Part shown: positions 23,251 through 35,146 of the stretch, in pieces
Layout of the letters: the number at the start of each line of letters is the position of its first letter
How positions within the stretch are numbered: position 1 is the stretch's first letter
NCBI GenBank assembly: GCA_010093815.1
Contig: ML996567.1
Strand: one strand, 5' to 3'
DNA length: 64,000 bases
Origin: Pseudovirgaria hyperparasitica
Taxonomy: Eukaryota
Program-made: the position numbers and the translations under genes
The notes under the pieces: model-generated
Told to the model about the DNA's origin: nothing
Databases searched by the model: none
Seen by the model: the letters and a program-made list of their open reading frames with translations, nothing else

Positions 23251-25076
23251 ATGGCGACTCAAAGCCAGGTATATGTCGGCCATGCAGCAATAGCTGCTAC
23301 ACACCAACTCCCGCTAGATACTTACCTTGGCCTTTTCGACAATATATTTAATTCTGAGGACTTTATACATTGGCGTTCAGACGGTAGGTCATGGCAGCTT
23401 CATTATATCGGTGGTCCCGGTTCAGGAAAGGTATGCTACACCATTGCCAACCTCGAGACCAGAACTTCGGGATGTCGGCTCACGATTTCGTGGTTAGACG
23501 ACACTGTCTGCAATCGCTGCACAGTACCTTCGTGATATGAATGGTTCAAGAAATGTCGGTGTTGCCACAATCTTTATCCAAAAGGATGTGGCTTTCCGAG
23601 ACCAGACTTTCATACAAGCATTTCTGGAGAGCTTATACCACCAGTTATCGTATGAGCGCGACGATGGCGGACTAGCTACAGGCGCCTTTCTCTCGTACAA
23701 ACAGGCACTGGACGTCAAGCCCGCGAGATCAATGGCCCACCGACTTAAGTTGCTCCGTAAGGCTGTTTATCCGCTCATCATGAGCCTCCAGAGAGCTTTT
23801 CTGGTCGTAGACGGAATCGACCGCTGCCACCAGTCAGTGACTGATCAGCTGGAAGCCGAGCTTTCGCGGCTTCAGCATTACGGACTCTCCATAATGACCA
23901 CTTCCCGGTTTCCACAATACAGATCTGGCCAAGCCATGTACTGCGATGCTCCTGATCATGATTTACACAGCCCGCCAGATGTACCCGTAACAGTCTTCTG
24001 GGGTTGCAAATGGTGTTGGGCCTCGTCCAAATACACGATTTGCCAGCAGTGCAAAGAGAACGGTGACCTGTGTAATAATTGGTGAGCACCTCTTCTCTCC
24101 GCACCATGTTCCACTAATATGAGATAGTCTCGACGGCGGTCTCTTGTTCGAACCATCTGAGCGTCTAGAAATTGACTTCGCTGTCTCAGACCGCTCGATG
24201 AGATCATTTGTCTCGTGGGACCTGGAAAGAGAGCATGGTGACATCAACTTGAAGTCTGCCAACGATCGGAAACCACCTCTTTCCGCACTGGGAAGATCTC
24301 TGCGCGACAAGCCAAACGCAACGGAAGAGCTTATCGAGAAGATTGTGGAAAGAGCCTCGGGAAACATCACGATAGCCAAGCTGGATCTGGACTCGTTGGC
24401 AAATGTGCAGTCGGTAGAAGCAGCTATATCGAGCTTTGCTGGCGATCGACTTTCCAACAATATTCTTGCACTGTTTGACGACGTGTTGGAGCGAATCAAG
24501 CATTTGACTGAACACGAGCGACACATCACCCTAGCGTCTATCTTGTCAGCCGTGCATGAAGATCATGGTGCACGATTTCAAGACATCGAAAAGTGGATCC
24601 GAGAGTCAAGATTAGAATCTGATGCACAAGGGCATGCTCGCCTGACAGTCGAGGAAATCCTTCGAGCTGCTCGCGGATTTCTTGGACTGAGCAACTGCAA
24701 AGACCAGCTGATCTACCCGTATCATGAGATGCTCAAATTGTATGCAGACGAGCACTATGACGAGGCTCTGTTTTGGGAACATGCACACATGCGATTTGGT
24801 AGGATGAAAAGGTCGGAAACAGTTGACCCGAGTGCACCAGGACGCTTTGGTTCCAATGCTCCTCGACAGATGAAAGCATGGGGAGGCTCACGTGGAGCTA
24901 TACGCGGTGCGTTGAAGTCTGGTGACGCGAATATTCCTGCTTGGAGTGCTGAAAGGACGGTGGCATGGCAAGAAGGAGTGCGGAATGCTTTGGTTCAGGA
25001 CCTTCAGGTCAAGAGAAGACCCCAGGGCGTACCAAAAGACATACGCAACTTACGAAGACAGCCGACGATGTGGTAA
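23251..25076 (+). CDS. NACHT-type (STAND) NTPase with inserted Cys-rich Zn finger; no recognisable effector or repeat domain
   Basis: Exons 23251-23430, 23498-24081, 24128-25076 (5' end uncertain). Walker A GGPGSGK|TT is split by an intron; Walker B FLVVDGIDRC; sensor IMTTSR; helical region IVERASGNITIAKL...F..VLERI. Confidence 0.78.
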
Positions 25077-25798
25077 CACAAACTGCATCTTTCCGCTTCA
25101 CCGTGTATTCAATGAGAAAGATATCAGTAGATTGTAGAATATAAATGATATACTGGCATTTTGATGTGATTGAGGATGAAGTCGAAGGTGCATGTAGGAT
25201 ATGTAGTCTGCCGTATTCAACTAAAAAGAGCTAGCGTATGGCTTCCACCAACCTTGGAACCGCGTGAAAGGACAATAAGAATGCAACTGATGCCTCAGTC
25301 CTGTTATTGAACCACTACGCCAACATGATGACAAAGTACTGTCAGAATCACCACAAAATTGAAGAGTATTGGGCCTTGCAAGGGATCTGAACAGCATGGA
25401 TACCCATAAACATTTCAGCCGTGCTTGCGCAGCATTTCGGCCCCCAAGCCTGACAGCTTCAAAACTGTGATCTCAGTTCATGGTCACAACTCTACTCGAT
25501 ACTACTGTTATACAGATACAGACTTATTGACTTTGCTTTTCGAATATCCGCTCTCTAGCTCTAGCTGTGACTCTCTTCACCGGGCTGGACCGTCAACCCT
25601 TTAAAACCCTTCTCTTTTTCTCAGCTTGCAACACTTCCTATACGAGCTTGACTATTCGCTGCTGTCAATTTCGCTCTCAGTAAGAGTTTCGATGTAAAGC
25701 CTGGATCACGTCTATTTAAGATTTGCGGTCCTTCATGATATTGTATCACACTCTGTAACCGTCCACGACTCACTCACGAAGGTTCATTACGCTTCGAT

Positions 25799-28391
25799 AT
25801 GCACAACATCGCCGCATCTCAGGCGTCACCTTCTGGTGTGGGCATCTGCACTTTCTGCCAACAAAACATTATTGACTCAAACAAGCTCTGGGACTACCAT
25901 CATGCAGATGTCCACTCGGTATGCTCTTCAAGTGCAGAAGGCTGTATATTCTGCGACCAGTTATATGGTGATTATGCAACAAAGCAGCTTGCCTTTCGTC
26001 ACGCAGACTTGAAGGACTGGCCACTCTATAGATGGAGCATTCGTAGACCTGGTATGGTCAGGGAAAGTCTCGAGAATCTTGTTCTCACGTTCCGTCCTAC
26101 CAATGATCCTGTCATAAAAGATACCAGTTTAAGCAGTGAAGCCAATTCATTACAAGAGGAGTCGTTCCTCTTCTTTAGAGGTTAGATCCATTATAATGAC
26201 ATACCGAGCGCTACTAAAGAAAGAAGCCCTTTGCTAACGTGTTCACAGACACGCCTCTGGACACTTCTGACAGGAGACTAGTAGACCGTACAGACTCTGA
26301 GCAGTCGTGGACCCAAGCTAATGACTGGCTCAAGGATTGCATTGCAAACCATCCGAAATGCCGTCAACTCAAGGATACCGACACGTTTATGCCAACGCGA
26401 CTTCTTCGGATTGACTGCCCAGAGCGGTCAAACATCAAGCTAGTCAAGACGGCTAAACACAAAATCAAAGAGCCATATGCGACACTGTCCCATTGCTGGG
26501 GCCTGAAGTCATTCATCAACCTCACTCCGCAGAACAAGAAATGGTTGATTGAGACTGGCGTAAGCTGGGATCGGTTACCACTCAATTTCAAACATGCAAT
26601 TCAGGTTGCGAGGAAGTTGGGACTTCGATACATATGGATAGACTCGCTTTGCATCAAACAAGGACATAAAGGCGACTTCGGTCACGAGGCAAATCTGATG
26701 CACAAAGTGTACCGCGGCTCGTCGTGCAACATTGCGGCGACAGACTCCTCTGATTCGCGCGGTGGACTGTTCCGCGAAAGGAATGTCCGGGATATCGTTC
26801 CTACTATATGCCAGGCTACAGTCCACAGTGTGTCTTTTGGAGACAAGGCATGGCGTGTGATATCAAAACGTTACTGGGAGACCCAATTGCTTGACAAGAC
26901 CTTATACAGCCGAGCATGGGTGTTTCAAGGTATGTAGAGGTCACATGGTCAAACAATGTCCTCACAGCCCTGAATCTAAGCACATGTCTCATAGAACGCA
27001 TGCTTGCGCCGCGAATCCTACACTATTCTAGCGATCAGATCCTGTGGGACTGTGCAACTGTCAGTGCCTGCGAGGCATTCCCAATAGGTATCCCAAAGTT
27101 CATCGACACGACGGCCAAGATCGACCGACATTGGAGAATGCGACTCCGAAACAACAGATCACTCAAATATCGTCCTCTGTCGGGTGAAGAGGACGGCTCG
27201 ATGGAGATATTCTGGAAATCGGCTGTAGAGAACTACTCCCGATGCGATCTCACCCACGGCAAGGACAAGCTAAAAGCCATCTGGGGCATAGCAAAACTCG
27301 TTCGTGACGCAATCGGAGGTCAGAACTTTATAGCTGGCCTATGGTCCTACAGACTCGAAGAGCAGCTTGCGTGGAATGTGATTAGCCATGAGCAGGGCAC
27401 TGGACGGCCAACTGAACGTCCATTTCCCCATCGTCAGCCGAGCTGGTCTTGGGCATCTATGGATGCGATTATCGAAGTGCAGACACGGTTTGGCCCTGAA
27501 CGAACCTTTGTCGTTACTGATCATCTTGATCGTAACATCAATACTCTATTTGAGCACACAGCAACGCTTGAGAGATATCACAAGACACATGAAAAAGACG
27601 AACACACTTGGAAATTGGAGCTTGAAAGAATGGGCAAGAGTCTCGCGGAGATAACGAGGATGTCTGGCAAGGAACGCAGAAACTCTCAACCACGGGACAT
27701 CGACGCCCATCGGCAACAGCCCGAAGAAGAAGACAAAATGCCTGAGTTGACGCCGTTTGGCCCTGGAAAAACCTCTTTCGTTACTGAGGAAGAAGATCGT
27801 AACGATAACACTCTACTCGAGCATAGTACAACACTTGGAAGAGTTCATAAGACACACGAGAAAGACCAGCACAACTGGAAATTAGAGCTTGAAAGAATAG
27901 ACGAGAGCCCGGTAGAAACAGCGAGCATGTCCAGTAAGGAAGATATCAACTCTCAACCATCGGACATTGACGCCCATCGGCAACACCTCGAAGACGAGGA
28001 CATAATGCCTGAACTGACGCCATTGAATTGGAGTATACCGATCAAATGCAACATTGGTGAAGCTCAGGTGGTGAAGTCTGACGAGAGCTGGAAATGGACG
28101 TTTGGATTCCACAGCTCGTTCCTGGTGTATCCGGATGTAGATCCAGGGGCAAAGTCGTTCAAATGCCTGTTTGCTACACTTGCGTACAGCGACGACGAGG
28201 ATTCGTATTCAGGATTGGGTATACTCCTAAATGCAGTCAAGGACACCAAGGACCGCTACTACCGATGCGGATCATTTCGGTTCGAGGCTGTGGACGAGAT
28301 ATCATTCAACACGATGCGAGAGCGGTATATCGGGGTCACGGAAGAGGATGGGTCCTTGAGCGAGGAAATGCATAAGATATGGTTAGATTGA
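25799..28391 (+). CDS. HET-domain (heterokaryon incompatibility) protein
   Basis: Exons 25799-26180, 26249-26929, 26995-28391. GCIFC, WLKDCIANHPKC, PTRLL, YATLSHCWG, YIWIDSLCIKQ, MHKVYRGS..NIAAT, RAWVFQERMLAPR, PSWSWAS. Confidence 0.93.
27489..28022 (+). repeat. Diverged 267-bp (89-aa) tandem duplication within the HET gene
   Basis: Copy 1 at 27489-27755 (FGPERTF...MPELTP) and copy 2 at 27756-28022 (FGPGKTS...MPELTP) are colinear without indels. Confidence 0.95.
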
Positions 28392-30381
28392 GGTGACGAA
28401 CGACTGATGCCTTTTGTTTCGACAGGACCAGCAATGTTGCACAATGTTGAAACAGCAGATCTCCAGTGTCATGACAGTTTTTCGGCCGACGAAGGATGGT
28501 ATTAATAGCGCACTCGCGTTCAACGTGCCCAGTGCCCACACAAGTCTGTTTCAGTGGCAAGAGAAAGGTGGAGGTGTGGATATATGGTAGAGGAGTCAAG
28601 AGTGCCTCGTCGCGAAATCAGGCGGCAAATTTGGCAGCCTGAGGTGCCGGGGCGGGCCGAGGAAAGTGCGACCAGTTGCCCTTGACTGCCCTTGATTATT
28701 GCGCCCATGTTCCCTGCCAAAACTCCCTGCGCGGCACCAACAAGCACGAGTTTTTCTCTTCTTAAGCTTTCTGCACTGCGACATCACCGTGATCTCACTG
28801 GTCCGATTGATGGGAAATTCTTTGCACCCCAACCCCCAGTCCGATTATCATCATGACTCGTGTCTTCCTTTTCTTCTTCGCTCGTTCGGTCGGCCAGACA
28901 CGTCTGTTTTCAGTTTGGCAGTAAAAGTGTCCCTTGGATTGCGCACTTATATGACATGAAAAAGTTGACGGAAGAAGCGGTTTGTCGACACGTCCAGTTG
29001 CCTCCATCCAGGTGTGACATGCAAGACATTGCTGCATATCGGATCAGGGTGATAATGCACAGAATGATACGCAGGGGCGGCGAGCACAGCAGTAAAAGGT
29101 GGAGATAGAGGGTGGAGTCTTCTTCGCTCTTCGTCCTCCTGTTGCTCCGTCCAGCTGCTGCATGCACTCTGCACCGAATCATCCCCCCTGTTGAGTGGGC
29201 CTGCGCAGGGTGCGATTAGGGGTAGTTTTTGATATATGCGAAAGGGCTGTTTAATACGTGAACGTGATAGCTGTATTTTTTAGAAACACCGGCATGCAGG
29301 GTCTACCACATCTCCGATTGGCTAGAAAGTCAGGTCGGCATGACTATCTAGATATCGGACACATCACATCCACGATGATTACAGAAGATGTCCGATCAGC
29401 CCTATTTAACGGTGACGGTTCACGGGCGACTGCGACCCCACCAGGTCGACGGTTAAAGTACAGTAGTAAAAACTGTGAGTGGTAAAGGGAACGTCGGACA
29501 CAGTCTTTGCTTACAACCGTCCCGTTCTGCTGGGCTGAGACTATCACTCCGACTCTTCTCTCACTCACTCTCTAGCCCTACCTTTCCTCAACCAGCAAAT
29601 AGACCAGGTCGCTCAATAAATTCCCTTACCTCTGACCTGCTTTGTCCGGCTACCACTCACTGCAAGCAAGGTCGACGATCCATGCCATATTGTGCATTTG
29701 TCAACCGTTGTCATCATCCTCGTCGCATATTTTGTCGTCGTTACGGCCGTTTGGCTTGTCACTGACTCCGTCACGGACCTTGTGTGTCAATCAACGGAAT
29801 AGCTATGTACGTACAAACCGCGAAAAGCACCCCTTGGGCCGCCGAGGTTGGGTCGTGAAACGAATCACTGGCCACAGTGTATCTATCCCCTTCCTTCATC
29901 GCATGCGGTCCTGTGTTACTGGTCCTGGTTCTGTGCCCTGTGTTGCGTGTTCTGGGTGGTAGTGTGTTGTTATTAGTTGATTACACTTGCAACCGCGGTA
30001 CCACTAGGTAGAGACTGTGCATTATTAATAATACTCCTGGACCTCAAACCTAACCTACAACCCTTTGCCGTCACAAAATACTAATTAACCGGCATTGGCT
30101 ATCTATTCCGCTGGCGTCTCCGCTACAAATCTTAACCCAATCTGCTACCTGCCCACTCCACTCCTCCATTCCTCTTCTCCACCTTTTCTTTCGTCTCCCA
30201 AGCCTCCGAGCGCTGTACAAAACTACTCATCTACTCGTCGTCGCCGTGCCTGTCGCTCGCATTGCTTTTCCGTCGCTCTCTATCTCTAAGAACACACGAG
30301 ATTGTGTAGAGCCGGTATTGGTATTATCGGCTATACCAAGCTTTGCGCCACACCTGCACGTTCATGCTATCCCTAGGAAAG

Positions 30382-31893
30382 ATGTCGCGAAACGATAACC
30401 GGTCCTTTGACGAGAGCGCTGCAACCCAGCTGAGCAACTACTCGGATAAGGACAAGGACGACGAGAGATCTGATTCTACAACTTATATCCCAGGTACAGA
30501 ACCCATCGCTACTCCAGGCGATAAATCAGATGTTATTGGAGAGCCTGCAAATAAAGTCGTCAGTGCAAATGACGTCAGCTTGGTTCCCGATGGTGGTTTG
30601 CGAGCCTGGCTGCAAGTTCTAGGCGGCTTCTTCTTGTTCTTCAACTCCTGGTATGGATTTTGATGCATTATAAAATGTCATGGCAGACGTTTTGCTGACG
30701 CGATACAGGGGAATTGTCAATACTTTTGGTGTCTTCCAGACATACTACGAAACGGAACTTCTAAGCACAACCTCTGCATCGTCCATCTCATGGATTGGTT
30801 CCCTTCAGGCTTTCCTCTTGATGTTTATAGGGGCAATGACTGGCCCTGTATACGATGCTGGCTATTTCCGTGCGTTGATAATCAGCGGTGCTCTCCTGAC
30901 CTCTTTCGGCATGATGATGGTCAGTCTATGCCATGAGTTCTGGCAAGTGCTCCTTGCACAGGGTTTTGTTGTTGGTGCTGGATGTGGAATGCTTTTTGTC
31001 CCAAGTGTTGCCATTCTCTCCACTTATTTCTCCAGACATCTTGCATTGGCCATGGGTCTTGCCGCTTCTGGAAGCAGTCTAGGGTATGTCCATCCATCAT
31101 ATTGCTTTTTGCCTTCGACACGTCTGACATGGATATAACCAGTGGTGTCATCTATCCCATCATGTTCCACAAACTACAGCCCATGATCGGCTTCGGCTGG
31201 ACCACGCGCGTGCTCGGCTTCATGATGTTCGGCACCCTCCTAATCTCCATCGCCGTCATGAAAGTCCGCGTCTTGCCCCAACGGAAGCGCAAAGTGCTCG
31301 ATCTGGCCGCCTTCAAGTACGCTCCTTACAGCATCTTCATTGCGGGCTCTTTCCTCAGCTTCGTCGGCCTCTACACGCCCTTCTTCTACGTGCAGCTCTA
31401 CGACATCAGCAAGAACATCACCGCCGCCTCGCTCGTCTTCTACCTCCTCCCCATCCTCAACGCCGCCAGCATCTTCGGCCGTATCATCCCCAACTTCTTC
31501 GCCGACAAGATTGGGCCGTTCAATGTATTCATTCCGTGTGGTTTTATTGCCGGCCTGCTTTGTGTCTGCCTCATTCCAATCAATTCAACCGGCTCGCTCG
31601 TCGTCTTCTGTCTCCTCTACGGCTTCTTCAGCGGCACCTTTGTCTCCCTCCCGCCCGCCGTGCTTGTCGGACTGTGCAAGAATCGCGCCATGATCGGGAC
31701 GCACATGGGCATGGCATTTGCATGCACATCCATCGGTCTGCTCATAGGCACGCCAATCGCGGGCGCGATAAACGATGCTTCCGGGTTCAACGCTATTTGG
31801 ATATTTGGTGGCGTTTTGACCATGGGCGGATCACTGATCTTACTGCTCGCTCGTTTGCTCAAGACAAATTGGGCCATCGTTGTTCGGTGTTAG
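30382..31893 (+). CDS. MFS monocarboxylate-transporter family (MCH/MCT-like)
   Basis: Exons 30382-30650, 30709-31083, 31143-31893. PDGGLRAWLQVLG, GIVNTFGVFQTYY, ISWIGSLQ, GRIIPNFFADKIG; about 12 hydrophobic segments. Confidence 0.93.
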
Positions 31894-32214
31894 CAGGCGG
31901 CTCTTTGCGAAAAATTCGCTTGGGTAAGACTTTGGGATGACGGCGTTTTTTTTCTTTTCTTTTGATTGGCATTTCTGGCGGCTGCATTGTAACATCACAC
32001 AACGATGCATAGCGTTCTTGTTATCACACCCAGAGTAATTGATCACACACTCAATGACCCTCCTTGGACTACTTCCAGCCATATATACAAAAACTATAAA
32101 CGATGAATCTCTACTATGCTTGTGTTACCCGACCTTCCGTCCGTCCAGTATAGATGAAGATGCCAAAGATTTGATAAGCCACAGACATGGTGATAAAAAG
32201 CAAAAAGAAGGTGG

Positions 32215-32286
32215 TGGAGACTGTGGGAATCGAACCCACGATCTTCCGCATGCAAAGCGGACGCTTTACCCCTAAGCCAAATCCCC
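32215..32286 (-). tRNA. tRNA-Ala (anticodon UGC), intronless
   Basis: GGGGATT-TG-GCTT AGGGGTA AAGC-G-TCCGC TTTGCAT GCGGA-AGATC-GTGGG TTCGATT CCCAC-AGTCTCC-A. G3:U70 alanine identity pair; downstream T runs fit a Pol III terminator. Confidence 0.95.
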
Positions 32287-32466
32287 ATCAGAACATGCTG
32301 AGTCGGCGGGTAAGTGTATTATTAAAGACTGCTCAACGCAGCATCATTGCGTCTAGAACTTCCTGCGCAGTTTCAGGTGTGCCGACCGACCCACTTCGTC
32401 CACTCCACCCGCCAGAACGCGCCACAAACCTCACTCGATGGAGACACGCGACGCCCACGCCGAAAG

Positions 32467-33717
32467 ATGAGGCCGACCTCTCAATTGACATGGCAGCTAT
32501 ATGTGCTTGCAGCGGTGTGTCTGCTTGCTGGCTGCGCACGCGCGAGTCAGGGCGATCGATTGCCTGAGTTTCGGGAGTGCGTTGAGGTATGTACGTCCCT
32601 AGAGAGGAACGGGTGCATCATCGTCATTATCATCATCATCAGCAGCGGCAGCGCTTACGGACCGGTATGTCTGATAGTAGAGGCTAACAGGCTTGCAGAT
32701 ATGTAAACAGACAAACTGTGTTGAAGGCGGACCGGTGATTCGTATGTCTCCCTCCTCTCTACCATCCTCATCCCACCACCGAAACCACATCTAACATGAG
32801 CACACAAACACACAGCCCTCCACCGCCGCATCCTCCTCTGGACATGCCCCTCCGAATGCGACTACACCTGCCAACACATCATCACCACAGCCCGCCTCGC
32901 GCGCGACCCGCCCTACCTCTCCCCCGTCCTCCAATTCCACGGCAAATGGCCCTTCCACCGCTTCCTCGGCATGCAAGAGCCCTTCTCCGTCCTCTTCTCG
33001 CTCTTCAACTACCTCGCGCACGCGGCCGGCATCGCGAAGCTCAAGGCCACCATCCCCCCTTCCTATACGCTGCGCCGGTACTACGTCATGTTCGGATACG
33101 TCGGGCTGGCGAGCTGGGTGTTTAGCATGGTGTTCCACACGCGCGACTCGGGCGTGACGGAGAAGCTGGACTACTTCGCGGCGGGCGCGAATGTGCTGTT
33201 TCAGTGCTATTATACGCCGATTCGGATCTTTAGGCTGGATGTGCCGACGCCGCGGCGGCAGACGCTGCTGCGGGTGTGGACGCTGCTGTGTGCGGTGCTG
33301 TATGTGGCGCATGTGTCGTATCTGAGTCTGTGGCGCTGGGATTATACGTATAATATGGCGGCGAACGTGGCGGTGGGGATTGTGGGCAATTTGATGTGGA
33401 GCTGGTTTGCCGTGTCGCGCTATCGGGCCACGGGCAAAGGGTGGACGGTGTGGCCGGGTTTGATTGTGGCGTGGATCATACTGGCGATGAGTCTGGAGTT
33501 GTTTGATTTTGCGCCGTGGGGGGGCATGCTGGATGCGCATAGTCTGTGGCATTTGGGCACGGTTGGGCCGACGATTTGGTGGTACAAGTGAGTGGCTTTC
33601 GAGACGAGTGCATCAGAGGATGCATGTTTGTCTGTGTGTATGTGTGCTAATATTGTGGACAGCTTCTTGGTCAAGGATGCGCAGGAGGACCTGCAGCAGA
33701 ATAGGTTGAAGGCTTGA
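32467..33717 (+). CDS. PER1: Per1/PGAP3 GPI lipid-remodelling protein
   Basis: Exons 32467-32586, 32699-32741, 32816-33587, 33663-33717. Signal peptide then SQGDRLPEFRECV, WTCPSECDYTC, QFHGKWPF, QEPFSVLFS, FHTRD..TEKLDY, LDAHSLWH. Confidence 0.95.
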
Positions 33718-35146
33718 TAGAAAGGGAATAGGGGGGATGATCGTGTTGGTGAGTCCTACATCCTAGGGTGTTTTGCATTGCGTGTTAGATCTAGCATTTG
33801 TGGCGGTGTCATTCCTGTTCGCTCGTAATAGTCGATACCGGTCGGTGTCAGTACCTTTTGTACAACTGTTCATCACTATAAAGGCTATTACGATCAAGGC
33901 CATCACTGTCAATTCCATCCTTATCGACTTCTAGATCACGGAAGTGTGTTTGTGTATTTTGTTGATTCAGAGCAGTGACTCACAGCCTTATTTTACACTG
34001 ACTGCAAAGAGCCTCTAGCACTTTCTCCCCTTTATTTCTATTTTCGAAGAACTTCACCAAGTCTCATTTGAGAGAGCACCAATGCGTAAGTAATTACACG
34101 AGTAGAGTGTTGGGATGAATCACGCCCTGCTATTATATTAATATCTAGGAGAATGGTGGGACTTTTCTGATTTGGCACACCGTCGATGAGGAAGAGAGCG
34201 ACTTTGTTGTCTTGCTGAAACATATCTTTTTTTCCCTATATTAAGAGCTGATTGTTTCGGGAGAAAAAGAATGGAGTTTTCTAAACGTAGTACTTGAATA
34301 TATCTAGATACACAACAAATGACTTAATTACCATCATGTAGAGACCATAAAACAGAGAGAGAGAAATACAATTCTTTACCATACTCGTCCCCGGTGTAGT
34401 CGAAACAAGTGTGTCGAGTCGTCTGGGACGGCACTAGATCAACAACATACTGCTATACATAAACCCTATTGGGACAACGATCTGTGGTTTCCCCTCACAC
34501 CTAAAATGAAAATGTCCGCGGTTATTAGTCTTTCTTCGGACGTAACGTACCCACCAACATACCTCAACAACCCGCGCATACATATATCCATTGCGGACCC
34601 GGGCCCAGGCGGGCAGATATCTGGGACGGGACATGTCAAGATTCGATAATCGGGATCTGCGTCTAAGTTGCACGGTCCAGTCCGCGCCTATCCGGATCGG
34701 TTGATTCGACACTGCGCTGTACTGTTTGTTGTTGGTAGGCTTCCGATATACTCCAGGTTTGTTTGGCCGCGGGCACACAGACGGGATGATGGACTGCCCC
34801 TCAAGCAGGATATGCATATTGGCGGCCGCGTATACCACGCTGGTTGACCTATTATCATCATGGATCATATCTCAGCCCGCTGATCGACACCAACTGCCTT
34901 ATGGATGGACCGGGGATGGCCAATACGCCCGATGATCCTGAGCACTCGAGAGCTCTGTACGCTGATCTGCAATACTATCCTATAGTTTCGAATAATGTAT
35001 TGTTGTGACTCATCTAGACAACGCCTATGCATGTCCGAAATTATGTTCTTTTATGCTTGTCTATAAGGTGGGTATCTGTGGTGAGCTGGGGGCAACTCTT
35101 ATAAACATTAGGCTAATTGGCTCAATATAAGACTGTCTACGTAATG

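Noticed and set aside
23251..23320. NACHT N-terminus 'QSQVYVGH' resembling the tail of a HET-s-type amyloid signalling motif
   Set aside because: Too short for a full motif, no matching motif at the C-terminus of the neighbouring HET protein, and the segment may be a 49-nt GT-AG intron (23269-23317).
28400..30300. Long intergenic region with many short ORFs
   Set aside because: Looks like the promoter and 5' UTR of the MFS gene; no ncRNA or coding signature that I can support.
32791..33552. 253-aa minus-strand ORF
   Set aside because: Antisense shadow of PER1 caused by skewed codon usage.
34380..34925. Possible MITE between PER1 and NTE1 (tccccggt / accgggga inverted match, small palindromes)
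   Set aside because: Only an 8-9 bp match, no TSD, no coding remnant; compatible with chance.
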